Positions 1 through 14,049 of a stretch of 64,000 nt of DNA are shown here, in pieces. Both the position numbers and the translations under genes were made by a program. The notes beneath the pieces are model-generated. The model did no database searches and was not told the origin of the DNA. It was given only the letters and a program-made list of their open reading frames with translations. The first letter of the stretch is position 1, and each line of letters begins with the position of its first letter. The stretch is from Takakia lepidozioides (lineage: Eukaryota > Plantae > Bryophyta), in NCBI GenBank assembly GCA_030704615.1, contig CM060732.1, positions 71,486,001 through 71,550,000 on the forward strand, given 5' to 3'.

Positions 1-56
1 AGGAGGTGCCACTTCTTCTCCTTGTACTCCACTCGTCAGGGAAGTATTGAAGAAGC

Positions 57-2900
57 ATGTCAGTAGCTGCGGCAGCGCCTGCGGCAGCAGCGGAGGTCCA
101 GGCCAGGCCTCCGAGGGCGCCCATGGCGGCGCCCCGCGGACCTGCGGGGCCCCCTCGCCCCGCCATTGCTGTAGACCGAGAAAAGGTAAGCAGACACATA
201 CACAAGTTCGTTCCCGCGCTTTTGTCCCTTCTCATTTCTTTCCTCCTTGGAACCACAACGAACCCGATGGTTTCTTGGCGACGCGGGAATTTGTGACAGC
301 TTCATAGAGAGTTTGACAGTTCGTATAGAAAAATGTCGATAAGAAGGTACATAACGATATGCAGTATAAAGCCCAACATTTTCTGCATTTTCATGCTGCA
401 TCGACCCCAAGGTATTGTTCGTTGGCTGCAATACGTTTCCGGGCACTCGGTCTGAAGTTAAGTCTGCTGACTCGTTAACAAAAAGTGCGGCTGGATATGT
501 CAATGAAAGACAGCCATGCTTACACAGAAGTGCAGTAAAACCCTGCACCTCTGCAACAGCAGTCAAAGGCAGTCCTTAAATGTGAAAAGGCATGATGTAT
601 TCTTCATACATTGGTCCTTGTGCTCGAGTTACATATCAGTTAAAAGTTAATGCAGGTTCCAACTTGCAAGCAGTTGTAGGAGTATTTACTACTTTCATGT
701 AAGTTTGAGCTAGTTAAGAAGACTTTTTGGATTCATTGATGGAACTCACACAGAGCTGAATTGAATGGCATTTGCCAGAGGGTGTGGATCGACAAATGAC
801 AGAGCAATCAACCTGAGATTTACATCAACGCTGTGGTGATAATTAGAAAGTCTGACGTTTGAAGAGGCTCAGTCCTTAAACAGCATGTTGTTTTTTTTGC
901 AACTGAGAATCTCGGAAACTTGCAGCATGTTTTAACCAAAACATGGTATCCGAGGCCTAAATAGTTCCTTTCTCTCAAGGAATTGCTTAAAAGCAACCTG
1001 CCTTCCCAGAGAGAGAGAAAGAGAGATACTCAATAACTGTCCCCTGCAAGTATTTACCGCAGTGTATCCCTCAGGTATCCCTGGGTGTAGTTCAACCAAC
1101 CCAACAAGGATAGCCAGCTCGAAATTGCTTGAACACTTATGCAAACATCGCCACTCCAACCAAAGTGTCTGATTGTTATAAAGAGGTTGCTTTTATGGGT
1201 GGGGTGCAGACATGCCCACTACTCCTTCGCGTTTTCCCAAAGGTTCGCCTTTCCCTCACTACATTCCATGTCAGTCCAGTCATGTCAGTGGTGGATGTTC
1301 AAGAAATTGTTGGTGTGTCGGTGCTTTCTCTCTCCCTTTGTTCACTTTAAATTCTGGGAAAATCTTTCTGTTAAGAAGTCTGGTAAAGAGCTTGTTGGAT
1401 GAAGTCTGGAAAGGGACAAACATCCTTTGATAGTAGCATCCCCAATCTTCTCCTTTGTTGTGATGCCAGCTGTCTCCCTTTTTTTGGCTCTTTCCAAATT
1501 GTGTGCTTGTTTCATCGCCACAGGGCTAGTGCAGTCTTTAAGAATAATTCCTCCCATTTTCATCCACCTTCAGGAGGTCCTGTTTCTCCTCTCCTCATCA
1601 GTTGACACTGTTAGACTACAGATGTCTGAAAGAAATCGTAGCTGATTGGGCAAACAGGATGGAGGCCATCACACTGTGGAAGACTTTGCGGTACGAGGGA
1701 AAGAGCCAAAGGATGAAGTTCAGATCTACACCTGGCGCGACGCCACCTTGCGGGAGCTAACTGATCTTGTAAGCCTTAGCTTCAGTGCCTTTTGCAAAAG
1801 TGTCCATTTCTTCTTTTATGCCCTCGTTATATATTCCATTAAAATACTGTCAATTCCTCTTTAGGCCTTTATTCAAGGAAAGGGGAAATTCCGATCATCA
1901 AATTAAAAGCCAAAAGCCTCCATATGTCTCTCCCTCTTCACAAAGGGCAGGTTGGATTTTGGAAGCCAGTGGTATGTAATACCTGATCAAGTGGAACTCT
2001 CATCTGCCAATGGAAGGTTTTGTGCTGCAAGTGAGTAATGCAAGTGTACATTGAGATTGACACCCACTCAAAAATATGATATCATCACCAGTAAGTTGTT
2101 GGCCAAGCATTAAGTACACCCATTTTTATCTTGCAGAAGTGGGCTACTAAGGAAAAGAAAGGGGGATATCTTTGGGTCTGAGGGCAGATAAAGGAGGTAG
2201 CACCCACAGCGAAGGAGCGGAATGCACGCCTTTCATTTGCTTTCGTATATCCCGACCGACGTGGCCGCAATGTCATTCGGAATGTTAGTGACCTCTCTCC
2301 CTCCCCTGTTGCAATTGCAAGGGACCTGTGGCATGAATGGTGCTAAAACGTGCAAATTTGAGGTGGCAGGTAGGAACAACATTTTCCAGTCCAAACCAAA
2401 GAAGAGGGGATGGTTCCCGCACTCTTGCTGAACTGAGCTTCCAGGTACACATTTCCCAATGTGGACAACCCATGGCAGAGATGGAGAAGGAGATCTGAAT
2501 TGTTAGTGACTAGTGCAGCCTATGCATATCTCCTTGCACTTAGTATTGTTTTGCAAACTGTGTCAGACTTTTGGTTAGGTTTAGATTGGCTGGTTGGATG
2601 GATTCTGGTAACACAAGTTTGATCAAAGTGGACAGATAGATTTCAGGAGTTAGTTATCTGAAGCTATTGCTTGAAAGCATCCGTATCTAACCGAGGTGCT
2701 ATCTTAGGGATCGCCAAAGAGGTGTAGATTAAGTGCAAGAAATGCATGGTAGAAATTGAAAATATAAGCAGATGTTTCATGAAATTGACTTGGAAGGCTT
2801 GACTGCAGATTGTCAAGTTAGGGGTGTTTTGTTCTAAGTGTGGGTGTCGTCTGGTATGCAGACTGGAGATTTTTTGGATGTTGCAATCTACAGTAGCTGA
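57..2900 (+). CDS. SAP18: Sin3-associated protein 18 (histone deacetylase / ASAP complex subunit), 6 exons, ~160 aa
   Basis: Exons 57-185, 1210-1242, 1658-1768, 2188-2283, 2370-2444 and 2862-2900 are all bounded by GT/AG and stay in frame. Spliced product: ...VDREK|TCPLLLRVFPK|DGGHHTVEDFAVRGKEPKDEVQIYTWRDATLRELTDL|IKEVAPTAKERNARLSFAFVYPDRRGRNVIRN|VGTTFSSPNQRRGDGSRTLAELSFQ|TGDFLDVAIYSS*, the recognisable SAP18 motifs. Confidence 0.96.
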
Positions 2901-4783
2901 AGTGTGCTGTCCGAGGAGGTGATTTCCAAGCAAATTTGCAGGAGCTTCAACCATTGTATCTTATACATGCAGGGTGAGACCTTTTGATTCATGCTTCTGC
3001 TACAAAATGACCCGGACACACAATGATGTAAGGCCAAGTTAATGAGTGCATTCCAATTTTTCCTCATTTGGGAGATGCAAGAAAGACCCTTGGACTGGGT
3101 CACGATTAAAACACTTGTGACATATTTGGACTCCATAAACTGCTGTGTACAAGATATCTCCATAGTCTGTTGTGCCGAGCAGATAGATTCCCTGGAAAAG
3201 AGTGTGTGTGTTGTATTTATCAGAGAGGTTAGGTGAGTTTCTCATTCACAATCTTTAGGATTTAGAATTGTGCTTCTCGAATTTTGAGTGGCTCACCTCA
3301 GATTTCAAACCTGGAAGACGTGGGGGCCAGAAAATGCAAGCTTCTCGTTGAATCAATGCCAATAGACTAGGCACACAAGATAACAAGCAAAGCTAAATCA
3401 GGAAGAGGAGTGATGAATCCAGAGACCAAGTGCATGCATGTATGGGCCCAAGTATGTAGAGAATTGACAGTGTTCACTCCTGTTGATATTTAGTTCTTCA
3501 GTTTAGTTACATCAGTCCAATCAGTCCGGGGTGAGTTTAATTATTCAGTTTAAGACAAGTCAAGGCTTATGTGCAGACAAGCAGTGTTAGTTCAACTTTT
3601 GTTAGAGAACACTTTTGGGTTGACAGACACCAGGCATACACCTACATAGATTGGAAAAGGTAGCCAAACACCAGAGTTCACAAATTTTTCTTGACCTTTC
3701 TTTTCATTGAGAGTTGTCGGGGCCAGATTCTAGATAGAATCAATATCTTAGCAGCAGGGTTATGAATATTTCTTGAATCTTGCCCTTTATTTCTGATTTA
3801 TTTGTCAGTTGAGATTTGTCAGACCACATTCTAAGATAGAATGAATATCTTAGAATCTATTGCATCTCTCACAAACAGTAGGTGTCCGTGTGGTGCTGCT
3901 CATCATATCCAGAGATGACTTGTACCAACAACCATGCTCTAAAACTGAGCGCAAAACTGGAGAAAGAGGAAAAGCAATGGACATGTACTTGCGGGTTAAG
4001 GAAATACACAAGCTGCAGTTTGAGATTTATCACAGCCCCACAGATTCATAATTGATTTCAAGCACATGCAACAAAGAATAGCTATGGTGCCAAGGGCCTG
4101 AGAGTTAGGATAGAAAATCCCACTAAGGTCCTAGAATTTGAACACAGATGTTTCCTAATAGGCTGCCTACCTCCATTATCTCCACATTGGAGGGCAAAGC
4201 ACAACATTTGGAATTATAACTTCGAGAGCCAAAATATGTCATATGGTCAACTGCAGGAAGCCAATCTTTCCCAGGACAGCAAGATGGCACCAAGTAGTCG
4301 TGGGAGACGAGATTAGATATGGACAAAACATACGGTCCAGATACCACCGTAGGCATCATTTCACATGGAGGTCAAATTGAAGGATATCTTATCTCACATC
4401 CACACACAAGATTCTTCAGACGAAGGAGCCCTTAAGATGATTAACCAGTTGTAATGTCAAATTGGAAACAATTTACGAGTTCGGCAACTGAAATAATCTG
4501 ATAGAGTGACTTTTCAAAAGAATTGAATGAATAATGTTTACTATACCAAAACTTCAAGGGCTTTGAGACTTAAATCTAGTACCCTTGAAGATTACCTGTA
4601 TACCTTGCATATACAGAAGAACACTATCCAAAGTCCCTCTGAGGTTGGCACCCAGTCCTGGAAGAGGGGGCTGCAGAAGTGGGCTTTGCCCCCTGTGTTC
4701 TCCAGGCTAATCTGGTTAATGTCGTGTCTCTAAACCTAATTTGCAACCGGGGATCCACTAACTAAATCAGGAGATGACTTACA

Positions 4784-7700
4784 TTAGAAATTGGGGTCCT
4801 TTTGGTAATGTACCACCTCACCCTCATTAGGAACAAAATGATCCTCTTGCAAGCTGTTGAACAGAGGTGCTACCAAGTGGACAGGGATAGGCCCTGATTT
4901 CTTTGGATCCCTGTAATATTTGCCCAATACTGGTTTAATGGCCTCAGTCTGTAACCACAAACACACCACAGTAGATTTCAGCATCATCCTTCATAACAAG
5001 AGGGAACAGACCCACCCTTTGTGAGGGCTCCATTAGTGGGACTTACCTTGGTACACACACACACACAGATGCACACTTACTGACTATCGCCTGCAACTGC
5101 TGAAAAAAGCAACCTCCACTGAAAGCCTTGTCATGCTGTTTGACAATGTAGATGGATGGTACAATATCCAGCCCCCAGGGTAAGGGAGCAGGGCCTTCCG
5201 AGAGCAGTATGACAGAATTACAGCATGGAGTACTTTGCCCGCCATATACAAGCATAGAATTCTGTAAGGTCAATTCCACCTCTACTTCACAATATATTTA
5301 TTCGTGCAATGAGGACATCTTTTTAAAGAGCGGGACTTACAGCCTCAATCAAGTGGTAGTGAGGAATCTGGGGGAACAAGTGGTGCACAACATGCGTCCC
5401 AATGTCGTGATGGATATTGTTAATCCAGCCGTAGTCCCTATCAATGGTGGACAAGCCCCCTCGCATATAGTTCCATTCCTGCCATCAAGTCAGGTAATCA
5501 GACACAAACACAGATCTAAGAGACATAGGGAGATATATAGCTCTCCAGATACTATCAGATTCACTGAGACAGCCTGTCCAGTGAGCCCTAGCGGCTGATG
5601 CAAGTCGGGACAGATCCTCTTCTCCTGGTTTCAGACTATGAACCCAATCGAGTTAGAAAACAAAAGGGATACCTTGCCACGGTACCAGGGGACCTTCTTG
5701 TCATAGCCATGGTGGTGCAAGTATGTCACAACATCCAGCCAGATCACATTGACCTGGAACCCCTCCAAAACGTACAACGTCAATCAGGCCAATCATATTT
5801 TTCCCATCCATCACCTTCTCACCTAAATTTAAATCTGCTGCAGGGCTGTCCCTAATCTCCTCCCCTTGCAAATAAGATCATACAAACACAACACACAGAC
5901 AGACAGATGGATAGAGAGCATTTGGCCATAGCCCTGGACAGCAAAATGAAACCAATTCTCACATATAAGAATTGGGGACAGAGAGCTAATACATTACCCA
6001 GTAAGGTACAAAGTAGAGCTTGAACATCCACAAAGGGCCCATGGCAAACGTGAGACCAACCAACGCTGCCAACATCGCAGACCAGCAAACAGTAGACGTA
6101 ATAACATCGTTTTTCTCATTGGGCACAAACAAGTCACATTTGGGGTCAAAATGAGACCCACTTTTACCAGGACTCCTGCCCCACTGCACAGCAAAGATGA
6201 TGTCTCAGTACTGGGGTGCATGCAACTTGGTTCATATGCACATCTCTGGCATCCAGTTAGTATCATTATCTGAATTCAGATCTTCCTTACAAAGCAAACT
6301 GGACCATCTGGCAGTCTTACATTTTGGTGGGGCTTGCTACAGAGTAGTTGTTCAAATTTAAAGTGCAATCCATTTAGAAGTGCCCAAATTACCCCAATTT
6401 GAATGAAGTGACAAAGATAAGTTGCTTTGACCAATAGCAACCCAAAAAAGTACTGTAGATCTCTGTAACTGGGAGATGCAGGAACAAACCAGATAAAATG
6501 GGTATGCAAGCATTGCCCATGGAAACCTCAAGCGTCCTGTCTTTGCCCAGAAGTCCATGTCCTTATATAGGGTCTCACTCATCTGCAATAAACACCGGAA
6601 ACATCATTGATCTTGCCCTCTCTTAAGCTGCTTTCCGACATGCAGCTGACATAGAGCCTCTCTTGCACTGTCGCCATGATCTAACATCCGTTCATACAGA
6701 CAGAGAATACACTGGAGGGGAGGCAACCTTACAGGATGCCATGATTCATCGTTCTCCACGTGTCCGTGGTTCTGGTGGTGTGTGCGGTGGCTAATGCGCC
6801 TGCATCAACCAAAACCCCACGTAAACAGAAGCCTTACAACAATCCATGATATTGTCACATACTGTACCCTATGTAGGAAGGCAGGGGACCACAAACAAAA
6901 ACAAGGTGTCCTCAGCAACACTCTCCCACAGCAGCCCTAACCTCCCCTGGCTCTCTCAGGCAATTCTGTTAACAGCCCACCGTCCAGTAGAAGACCTGCA
7001 AGAAGAGGTAAGCATCCCAAGAGAAAGCTGGAAATCTAAGAGCCAATCCTCCTTTATAGTGTGTGTGGAAAACGGATCTCACCATCCATGATAGGGAACA
7101 AGGATAGAAGAATGGGTCAGGTGTCCAACAAGACTGTTGAGTGTCTTATTATTCGAGAAGCTTCCATGGCCACTGCACACAACGACCATCAATACACAGG
7201 TAAGCAAACATTGCAGGATACAAAAATCCTGATCCATCCCTCAAAGCAAGAATGAGCTTGAAGTTTTGTGAACTCCCTAAAATCTCCCCCTCCCTTTTCA
7301 GAACCATTCATATTTCTACAAGCTCACACCAGCAGAGCCTGCTGGGGTATTTATTACCTTGACATATAGTGCCATTGACAGAGTGATCACAGCCACATGT
7401 GTGGCACCTATACTAGTCACGTGGCTTAGCTCTTTTCACTCAGTGGTGTCATCAGAAGAAAAAGTACAGACACTAGTATAAGATATTCAAGGGAAACTGT
7501 CCAAGAGTATCCTTGCAAATGTGCCAAGTCCAGGCTAGCCAAGGAGCTTCGCCCTGCAATAGGCAGAGAAACCAGTCACTAATATCAAAATTTCAAGTGG
7601 ATACATCCACCAACTCTAACAAAGCCCAACCCGCCAAAGGAAACCCTCCCCCCGGGAAAAACCAAGCAGACGTCACTACAAAATGCAAAGCGAATTCAAG

Positions 7701-8643
7701 ATGAGGGCAGGGTTATAAGTTCCAGAGTGGACGAGCAACCCACTCGAAAAAAGGAGAAACAGGAGAGAGTGGAATTTAGTGTACGCACGGTGCATTCCTT
7801 GAACGGAAATATTACTTCCATAGGTGTTCAAAGCATAATTGTGACAAAGTCCACAAAAAAACCGGGCGTTGGGACAGCCAGAGAAGCACCTCCGTGCTCC
7901 ACTGCGTGTGTGTCTATATGTGCCTGTCAGTTGTAGACAACACCTCTACTTGGGCAGTAGGGATTGGTATCAAGACATTATTCCAAAGGTATCACAGAGC
8001 CATAGCGTGCACAAACCGACACAAAAACAAACACGCAACCGACATCGCTTAAAATGCAGCAAACATGCAAACTGTGATGGACAAGAATTGAAACGTACCA
8101 ATCATGTCCCAGCACGAAGAGGGCCCAGAACATAGTGCCTTGAGCAAGCCAATAAAGAGGCCACGTAAACCAACTGTTCAGATACGCCGCACCTGCCGCT
8201 AATCCAAGCACAACAGCAACATCTCTGGCCACGTAACTTAACGCTTTCCATACATTCTTCTCCCAACAACGCTTCGGAATGGCGGCACGGATGTCCGACA
8301 GAGCAAAAGGGGGAAGCTTAGACGCATCAAACTCATGTTCCTCCGCTTCAGGTGTAAGAGGGGCAGACACAGGCCTCGTCGGCACTGCCACCAAAGAAAC
8401 AACTCCCTTCCTCCGTTGACAATCATTCAGAGGCGAAAATCCTGTGCGGGAAAATCCCACCCGCTCCACATTCTGCAGCCGGCGAGCCGGGAGCGAACAT
8501 GACAGACCCACCACACCCCGAGGTTGCATACAACCAGACAGTGATGGCCGCCGGCCTCCATTCTGCCAGGACACAATGCCAACACAGCCAGGGGCTTGAC
8601 ATGCTAGTTCAAGCCCCTTCCTGGCCAGCATGGAGGCCGCCAT
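4784..8643 (-). CDS. FAD7: Omega-3 fatty acid desaturase, probably plastid-targeted (FAD7/FAD8 type), 8 exons, ~454 aa
   Basis: Exons 8643-8099, 7172-7083, 6799-6733, 6582-6490, 6183-5998, 5753-5673, 5478-5341 and 4948-4784. Internal exon sizes 90/67/93/186/81/138 fit the plant FAD3/7/8 structure. His boxes HDCGH, HRTHH and HVVHH are present. A long Ser/Arg-rich N-terminal extension suggests a transit peptide, so FAD7/8 over FAD3 is an inference. Confidence 0.95.
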
Positions 8644-11149
8644 CTCTACAAACCACCTAGTTACACCGTCTCTCTCTCCCTCAACCTCCGGATCTGATCT
8701 CTCTCCAGCAACACCAACACACTGCACGCCAAGGATGTAACAGAGACCTTGATTCCTCAAGCCTTATCTTCTATCAGGCAATCTGCCAAGACCAGAATGC
8801 ATCGGCCAGCAGCGTGCCAGGAAGGCCTGCCTTCAGCCCGTCTCTCTCGCCCCCCGAGACCACCACCCTCCTTTCTAGCCTTTGCCTTATAATCCCATCG
8901 CACGTGCCAGACCTTTTCTCTTTTTTCTCTTTTCTCATTTTCTTACCTCCGGAACAAAAATGCGGGAAACGAAGAAAACAGTGAGGCGGCCGCCGCATGA
9001 TTACCAACCAGCATGCAGGCACGCCATTGGCAGCGGATGCCACTGGTGGGTTGGGTTTTGTGGCTCAGGGTTTGCCGCAAATTGATCCGATCGTCACTAA
9101 TCGGAGGACGCGTTTCCGTTTGTGCGGGCCCTCCTTTTCCGTTAGCGCGCTTTAAGAATAAAAGAATAAAAGGATGCCACAAAGCGCGCGCTTGTCTGAC
9201 CCGGTCATCCAGTCCGTCGGGCGGTGCGTGCGTCCACGTCGCCGCCTCATAGCCCGCGCGTCGCTTCCACAGCGCTGCTCGCGCTGTGAAAAATCAAAGG
9301 ATCGGACTGAATGTTTGGGTCCACACGATAAAAGGGGATCTCGTGTGGAAAAATCTGAAAATACTCAAGGTTCAAGTTGAGATATTCAAGCATGTTACTG
9401 GTCGGTCGGTGTCCAGTCACCCTGCCAACTTCTTCTTTTTTCTTTTTTTTCTTTGCCAACTTCAATGTGAGGCTGGGGTTCTTCTCTGTATTTTTCCTGA
9501 TTTTTTGTTTTTTCTATTTTCTTCTGTTTTGGGAAAGGCGGCGGCGTTAGTTTTATGCTAGTTACAGTGTGGAGCGAGTGGCATCCATGAGAATCTAACT
9601 GGAGCATGTAAGTTATGGAGGTAGTAAAAAGTGCAAAAATAAGTGGAGATAAGATGTTTTTTCTTTTTTTCTTAATAAGATGTTGAATGGGGGAATGAAC
9701 CACTGTTGGGCGGGCCTACCCCTTTTTTTTCATATACTCGGATTCTGGATATTAAAAACTTTTGGTTTCAGATGTCCGCCTGTTCGGGGTATTACCAACA
9801 TGACAAACAACAGATCCGGGTACGCATCCGGTTATTAAGTTTAGGGCTGAGATCTGCTGGATATTGATGGATATCCGCTGGGTATTACATTGGATATGAC
9901 ACCGGGTATAGGATTTGTTTTTTGTATTTTCATATTTGTCGGTTATGCATCTAACCCAGATACTATTTAAAGTGTCGGTTCTGGGTCCAAATACATTGAT
10001 ATCCGGGTTGATATCCTGCTATTGATATCCTGATGATTCCAAAAACATAGTAGACATCATGAGGCAAACAATCCAAAATTGACAATATACCTGACGTGCT
10101 GTGGTGGCCCTTATGGGGGGCTTATAGGCTCCCAATAGGGAGACAATATTTTTGGTGAACACCAGAAAACAAGTTGATACTCACCAACATTCAAGACTAC
10201 AAAAATCTGAATTGCATAATCAAAAAATCTGAATCGGATTATGCAATTCATTCAATCTGCACTCAATGGAGGATTTGAACCCCGTCAAATGACCTAAGTT
10301 GCTCATTGCAATTTGCAACAGAGAGTATCTGTGCACACAAAATTAGTACAAAATGCAATTAAAATCCAACATCGATCACTATGCTTGACGGGGATCATGG
10401 AAACAAAAGTAGAATTAGAACGCTCCCAAATAGCAAAGAAGATTACATGTCATGGCACATTACAAGACATGCCATTGAGAGAACTAACTAAGCATAAGTA
10501 GCTCTCATAGTCTTCAACTCCATCCAAGCCATAATAGAATCTTGACATGGGGAGGTCTCTTTGTTGTAAAAGTCCTATGCACACATATGGACAATGCGCA
10601 ACATTTCTGGCTCTTGGTGATCCGCCCCTCGGTTCTGGAATCTGGCGTCCCTCTTACCCACCCTCTAGCTAAAGATGGGCCTAAAGATGTGCCCACAAGA
10701 GCAGATTTTGGCAAAATGGATCATTTTTTTCAACCGCATTTCCACTAATTGAACTCGCCGTGTCCCCAAGACAAGACATGCGGTTGGAATTTGTCTATGA
10801 ATAGCCAATAAAGGAATGGATGGTGGCAGTGCCTAGGCATGTTAACCCCTAAAGTTCGGGTCGCGTTGGTTTTTCATCGGTATTTTGTCGCGAGCGCTTT
10901 CATGGATGACAGCGGATGGAAGTGAACCCTGAAGATAAATTATACAGGAGCACATGTGGGAATTTACAACACCCTAAAATAGTTAAAGCTCTGCTCTCTA
11001 GATTTTCACAAAGTGCCAGGACCAGGAAATCCAATGCTGAGCACCGTTGAATGGGCAATCTTGTAAATAACATCTAGGGCAATTTGGTAAAGTAAAATGA
11101 AGCTTGTTGAACACGTCCAACACACATGGAGGGCCAATGGACAGTTGAT

Positions 11150-11233
11150 CGCACATGTTCAAGGATTGAACCTAGGATGACCCGAGCTGTACACAGGCAA
11201 GGCACAAATACCGAACCACTGGGCTACCTGCTC
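11150..11233 (-). mobile_element. tRNA-derived SINE head (Pol III internal promoter remnant)
   Basis: Minus strand has A-box TAGCCCAGTGG (11226-11216) and B-box GGTTCAATCC (11172-11163), 43 nt apart. No convincing tRNA cloverleaf. Confidence 0.55.
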
Positions 11234-12529
11234 AAATGAAGACAATTGCCACCTCATGGGTGTACTTGTGAAAGAAGCCAAAACATGACAATTTATCCCC
11301 TAGATTTCACATACAATACAAGCAACCTATATTAATTTTTGGAACCTTGGTATAAAATTTGGGAGAGGCAGTCCTGTAGGTGCCATATAATCAGATTACC
11401 CGTCTAGGAAAATTTAAATAATAAATAATAAATAACTTGACACGTGAGTTTTGTGGTCAAACCATTTCCATCTAATTCTGGAATACATCTCCCAAATGCA
11501 ATGACATGACGTGAATGTAGTAGATATGCACATAAGTAGAAGCTTCATCGCTATGGATGATTGGGGGTAAAAAGTTATGCCCTCATCCATGAGGGTATGC
11601 AGTATGCACTTTTTTAGTTGGTCCACCAAAAAGGTATCCTGTCGTTTGAGGGTTAACTTTATTTGTGAATATTAGGAGGACAACAGCCTTCCTGCCTCAT
11701 GCATCAGTTGGCATGATGCCCTCCAGGGTCAAATGGGAAATTTGAAGGTGACCCTGTGCAGAGTACCCTACGTCCGCTTATGACTTCTATTTTTGTTTTC
11801 AAATATATCACCCCTATAACCGTGGATTGTGCTCACCCAGGCATTTTATCTGGCTCACTTGGTGCTCTCGTCTTCGCAGTGCATCTCGGGGCAGCAGAGT
11901 AGTTGTTGCTTTGTTGTCTCAGCTAGAACCAAGTAAAGGCCGGAGGGCTGGTTTTTTGTAGGGATAACTGGAGATTTAAATCTGATAGTACTCTCTTTCT
12001 GGCTTTTCCTTGGTAACATTTCTCTTTGCCTGGACCTATACTAAAGGATTATAATTAAAAATCTACTATATGGTTTTCCGTTTTTTTTATTTAACTTGAA
12101 CGCATTTTTGTTGTTGTCACAAGTTGTTCTTGCTTTGCCTAATAAGTTGTAACCTGTTATAATTTGGATGAGGTTGAGCTGTACTACATACTGTCCCAAA
12201 GAGGAGAAACAAAAACTCATAGGGCTAGGTATACTGACAAAAGTAAATCAAACTATTCTATATTCCCTACTGCCTGACAAAGGTCAGACAACAGGAAAGA
12301 GATGGGTCAAAAAGTGCCGGGGAGGCAAGATGAAGCTACCCCGGCAACCTCTGCCCAACGTAAAATAGATAGAGCTTGAGCCTTTTGTAAAGGAACAGAA
12401 ACTCATTGTCTAGAGAAAGCTACAAGAACAGATACGTTTGGGCTTCCAACACTCTTATGAGAACCACATTATGAGGACCTCAGTTTATTAAACAGTTTGG
12501 TACCTTTGCCGCCTTGACCTAGCTTACCT

Positions 12530-13340
12530 ACGTGGAGTTGCACACTCTTTCCAACTAATAGTCAAACTCCATGATGTTTATGTCACATTGACTTCCACTA
12601 GTTTCAGAAAAGAAAATATATCATGCTATTGACTGAAACAAAACCCATGTTCTTGGGAGTCTTTTGGGGGAGGGTTGGGCAACTGTCAAGCCACCTTCCA
12701 AACAGAACGCTTGAATTGCAAACCCCACTTGCTCTGTAGAACTCGCAGTAGCCCTTCGAACCATAAGTTACGCGTGCTTTGGCAAGAGTCTTCCTTCCTA
12801 GGTTCCCTCTACATTTTTGACCAACATTTTGCCATTCAACATTTGAAATTTCACTGAAATTTCCTACAGCAAGTAATTTTCAAAAAACAAATTGTTTGAT
12901 GAACTACATTTCATTGCAACCCTACCTTCCATTCATTGTATGTGTGCACAACAAATCAAACAAGAAAAATTTCTTACAAGACTTAAGTTTATCACAAATG
13001 TCAAAAATTTAAGCCTTGCCGCCAGTGACCTACCTAAATGTAGTTGCACACTCCTAACTGTTCAGTCGGACTTGCACTCGTTTAAAAAACATAGAGATAT
13101 CATGCTATTGACTCAAAAGAAGAAACATGTTTCTCCAAACGAACTGTGGGTTAGGCCTCATCGAGTCATTCAGTTTAGTAACGTCTAGTAACATTTGCGG
13201 CAGTGACCCACCTAAATGGAGTTTAGTGACACCCCCTACTACTAGGAGTCAACCCGGGCCACTATTCAAACGCGCTTCCACTGTTTTTAAAAATATACAC
13301 GTCGTGCTATTTCCTCAAAAGAAACAACTTGTGGGTTTGG
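12530..13340. repeat. Degenerate direct repeats, 2-3 copies of a ~100-150 bp unit
   Basis: GTTGCACACTC...CATGCTATTGACT..AAA...CATGTT occurs near 12537-12650 and 13043-13133, with a weaker copy near 13275-13335. Confidence 0.5.
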
Positions 13341-14049
13341 TCTCCATGAGTCACTGAAAATCACTACTATCACCTCCTATCAAAGTTTTCTAAGTTTTCT
13401 AAGTTTTCAACAGATTTTTCTTTTTTTTCCCCCTCAGGATGCCTCACTAGTGAACTAAGATACCCTGTTTTTTTTGGTTTTTCTCTTTCTTAAAGTGAGT
13501 AGTAGCCTCTGGCCCAAAAAGACCGAGGAATACTTTAATTTTAGGAAAGAAAAAAAAAGTGGATACCTTACGGTTTCTTCTGAGGAGGTTAAAAAAAATT
13601 AAAAGTAAAAGTAAAAATAAGAAACCAGGGGGAAGCCCTAGAATTTGCATTAAGAAAAAGGACCTTTTTTCTCATTTTTCAAAAGTAGCACAAACCGCCA
13701 CCAGTGTATTGTACCCATCGCCCCAGGTGGCAAAAAAACGAGCTAGAACCGAAAGGTCCATATACGACAAGTGCACGTTTTGACAGGTCCACATTGGCAG
13801 TTATATGGATTTTCTGGCAACAACCTCTCGTTCATCTCTTCCTTGTTTTGAGAAGAACTGGAAAAAAAATGCCTTCATTTTCCTTTAGAGAGGTCCCCAC
13901 AAAGGAGAGAAAAATTTCGCCACTCGGGCACAGACATTTTTGCTAAGTAAGGGTTCTTAATTATGTTCTCTTTTCATGTCTGAGATATGGATTCCTGCTG
14001 CAGGCCTGATCAACTCCCGAAAGAGTGGATATGTGTGGTGGTTGCAGTA

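Noticed and set aside
5152-5855. Plus-strand ORFs of 148 and 85 aa
   Set aside because: Antisense shadows of FAD exons 6-7.
8644-8760. N-terminal extension of the desaturase given in the ORF track
   Set aside because: It starts at TTG; the first in-frame ATG is at 8643.
9731-9750. ATATACTCGG(G)ATTCTGGA shared with 20602-20620
   Set aside because: Short gapped match with no flanking similarity; probably chance.
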